A stretch of 39,517 nt of DNA from contig JANYCE010000273.1 of the NCBI GenBank assembly GCA_025360445.1, positions 1 to 39,517 on the forward strand, read 5' to 3'. This document shows positions 37,473-39,517 of the stretch, one piece after another (within the stretch, counting starts at the first letter, position 1; each line of letters starts with the position of its first letter). This DNA is from Betaproteobacteria bacterium (lineage in GTDB: Bacteria > Pseudomonadota > Gammaproteobacteria > Burkholderiales > SG8-41). The position numbers and the translations under genes were made by a program. The notes under the pieces are model-generated. The model was not told where the DNA came from and made no database searches. It saw only the letters and a program-made list of their open reading frames with translations.

Positions 37473-37533
37473 GATTGCGTGACTTAAATAATTTGTAACG
37501 CCGGGTTGGGCCCGGGCGTTGACGCTTTGCGCG

Positions 37534-38601
37534 TCACTTCATCGCGGCAACTACGGCGTCGCCCATTTCGGTCGTGCTGACGCGGCGCATCTCCGTTGCG
37601 TAAATGTCCGCAGTGCGATAGCCCTGCGCGAGCACTTTTTTTACCGCCCCTTCGATCCGCCGCGCCGCGTCTTCCTGATTGAACGTATAGCGCAGCATCA
37701 TCGCCGCCGACAATATCGTCGCCAGCGGATTCGCGATATTTTTGCCCGCGATGTCCGGCGCCGATCCGTGCGCGGGCTCGTACAGGCCCTTGTTGTTCGC
37801 ATCGAGCGACGCTGACGGCAACATGCCGATCGAACCTGTCAGCATCGACGCCTCGTCCGACAAAATGTCGCCAAACATATTTCCGGTGACAATCACGTCG
37901 AACTGCTTAGGGTTGCGCACGAGCTGCATGGCCGCGTTGTCAACGTACATGTGCGACAACTCGACCTCTGGATATTTTTTCGCGACATCCTTGACGACTT
38001 CGCGCCAGAACCGGCTGGTCTCGAGCACGTTTTCTTTGTCGACCGAAGTGAGCTTCCTGCTGCGCTTCATCGCAGCCTGAAACCCGACGTCCGCAATGCG
38101 CCTGATTTCCGGCTCCGAGTACAACATCGTGTCGTAACCTTCCTGCTCGCCGCACGCATTGGTACGCCGCCCGCGTGGCTCGCCGAAGTAAATATCTCCG
38201 GTCAGTTCACGCAGGATCAGGATGTCGAGGCCGATTACGAGTTCAGGTTTCAGTGACGATGCGCTCGCGAGCTCCTCGAACAGGATCGCAGGACGCAGAT
38301 TCGCGAATAACTGTAACTCCTTGCGGATGCGCAGGATGCCCTGTTCAGGGCGTTTATCGCGCGGCAATGCATCGTATTGCGGCCCGCCGACCGCGCCACA
38401 CAACACCGCATCGGCTGCGCGCGCCAATTTGAGCGTTGCTGGCGGCAAAGGATCGCCGGCTGCGTCATAGCCTGCACCGCCATAGGCCGCTTCTTCGATG
38501 TCGAGATGGAGGCCGTCGCGCTTGAGCACAGCGAGCACTTTCATCGCCTGCGCAATGATCTCCGGACCGATGCCGTCGCCGGCCAAAACCGCGATTTTCA
38601 T
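37534..38601 (-). CDS. leuB: 3-isopropylmalate dehydrogenase
   Basis: 355 aa. Motifs: [68 protein letters not shown]. Confidence 0.98.
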   Translation of the reverse strand: MKIAVLAGDGIGPEIIAQAMKVLAVLKRDGLHLDIEEAAYGGAGYDAAGDPLPPATLKLARAADAVLCGAVGGPQYDALPRDKRPEQGILRIRKELQLFANLRPAILFEELASASSLKPELVIGLDILILRELTGDIYFGEPRGRRTNACGEQEGYDTMLYSEPEIRRIADVGFQAAMKRSRKLTSVDKENVLETSRFWREVVKDVAKKYPEVELSHMYVDNAAMQLVRNPKQFDVIVTGNMFGDILSDEASMLTGSIGMLPSASLDANNKGLYEPAHGSAPDIAGKNIANPLATILSAAMMLRYTFNQEDAARRIEGAVKKVLAQGYRTADIYATEMRRVSTTEMGDAVVAAMK

Positions 38602-38667
38602 AATTTTCCAGGATTGACGATTAAGGAGCGGGGAGTGAAGAATATGATCGCGATCGATCCTCGATCC

Positions 38668-39315
38668 TCACTCCTGCACGGAGAACAGCCAGGGCTGCTG
38701 CTCGCGCCGCCGTGTTTCAAACCTCTTGATTTCCGCGGCGTGCTCGAGCGTCAGCCCGATTTCGTCGAGGCCGTTCATCAGGCAATGCTTCTTAAACGGG
38801 TCGATCTCGAACTTGATTGTCTCGCCGCCCGGGGTAGTCACGCTCTGATCGGAGAGATCAATAGCGAGACGGTAACCGGGCTGCCCGGCTGCCTCCTTGA
38901 ACAACCGGTCGACAATTCCGTCGTCGAGCTTGATTAAAAGCAGACCGTTTTTAAAGCTGTTGGTGAAAAATATATCGGCGAAACTCGGCGCAATGACCAC
39001 TTGGAATCCGTATTGCAGCAAGGCCCACGGTGCGTGCTCGCGTGACGAGCCGCAGCCGAAATTCTCGCGCGCGAGCAAAATTTGCGCGCCCTGATAGCGG
39101 GGGTGATTCAGCACAAACTCAGGATTGAGCGGACGTTTGGAATTGTCCATGCCCGGCTCGCCGTGATCGAGGTAGCGCCATTCGTCGAAAAGATTCGGGC
39201 CGTATCCCGTTCGTTTAATCGACTTTAAAAACTGCTTTGGGATGACTGCGTCGGTATCGACGTTCGCCCGATCCAGCGGCGCAACCAGTCCTTCGCGCGA
39301 AATAAATTTATCCAT
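38668..39315 (-). CDS. leuD: 3-isopropylmalate dehydratase small subunit
   Basis: 215 aa. Motifs: [49 protein letters not shown]. Confidence 0.97.
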   Translation of the reverse strand: MDKFISREGLVAPLDRANVDTDAVIPKQFLKSIKRTGYGPNLFDEWRYLDHGEPGMDNSKRPLNPEFVLNHPRYQGAQILLARENFGCGSSREHAPWALLQYGFQVVIAPSFADIFFTNSFKNGLLLIKLDDGIVDRLFKEAAGQPGYRLAIDLSDQSVTTPGGETIKFEIDPFKKHCLMNGLDEIGLTLEHAAEIKRFETRRREQQPWLFSVQE

Positions 39316-39517
39316 GGTGTTCTACCTCGGCAAGACTGCGCGCGTCGATGAAATGGCCGGCGACCGCAGCGGCGGCAGCCATTGCGGGGCTCACCAGATG
39401 CGTGCGTCCGCCGGCGCCCTGGCGGCCTTCGAAATTGCGATTTGACGTTGAGGCACAGCGCTCGCCGGGCGACAACTGGTCCTCGTTCATGCCGAGACAC
39501 ATCGAGCAACCGGGTTC
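39308..39517 (-). CDS. leuC: 3-isopropylmalate dehydratase large subunit, C-terminal part (continues beyond the window)
   Basis: The minus frame is open to the window edge. [56 protein letters not shown] is the aconitase-family C-terminal signature. It overlaps the leuD start by 8 nt. Confidence 0.93.
   Translation of the reverse strand, partial: EPGCSMCLGMNEDQLSPGERCASTSNRNFEGRQGAGGRTHLVSPAMAAAAAVAGHFIDARSLAEVEHHG

Noticed and set aside
37489-37512. A GC hairpin (AACGCCGGG..CCCGGGCGTT) between leuB and asd, considered as a terminator.
   Set aside because: No T-tract follows it on the coding (minus) strand. It lies in a 61-nt spacer inside a conserved co-directional array, so it is more likely a stabilising or processing stem, if it is functional at all.

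Overview
This 39.5 kb window is GC-rich proteobacterial chromosome with beta-proteobacterial or Pseudomonas-like synteny, and it is mostly core housekeeping DNA. From 5' to 3' it contains the following. (1) A GC-rich accessory catabolic operon at 1-6102: a truncated vapC, a frameshifted muconolactone-isomerase-like ORF, two Bug/TctC solute-binding proteins, an MmgE/PrpD-family protein, a crotonase and a family III CoA-transferase. (2) An 800-bp scar at 6103-6911 holding decayed IS200-like and IS91-like transposase fragments. (3) The heat-shock genes grpE, dnaK and dnaJ, with two good sigma-32-type promoters. (4) A mixed block: a YqgE/AlgH-like protein with a signal peptide, XdhC-family protein, malonyl-CoA decarboxylase, CoxG-like SRPBCC protein, a frameshifted conserved hypothetical, and a gstB-like GST / TylF-type methyltransferase / TPR-GT41 glycosyltransferase operon. 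(5) cysS and the conserved TPR-ppiA-ppiB-lpxH group. (6) A long minus-strand supra-operon-like array: leuC(partial)-leuD-leuB-asd-fimV-truA-trpF-trpB-trpA-accD-folC-SPOR-cvpA-purF, followed by a MetY/MetZ-like PLP enzyme. I found no tRNA, rRNA or CRISPR array, no intact mobile element, and no recognisable defence system. I did not find a convincing novel multi-gene system. The points most worth follow-up are a structured, terminator-ending leader directly upstream of the MetY/MetZ-like gene, the orphan Bug/PrpD-like/CoA operon, the GST-methyltransferase-GT41 operon, the IS graveyard next to the grpE promoter, and two frame-disrupted conserved ORFs. All calls rest on reading the ORF translations and the DNA by eye. 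No database search was run.
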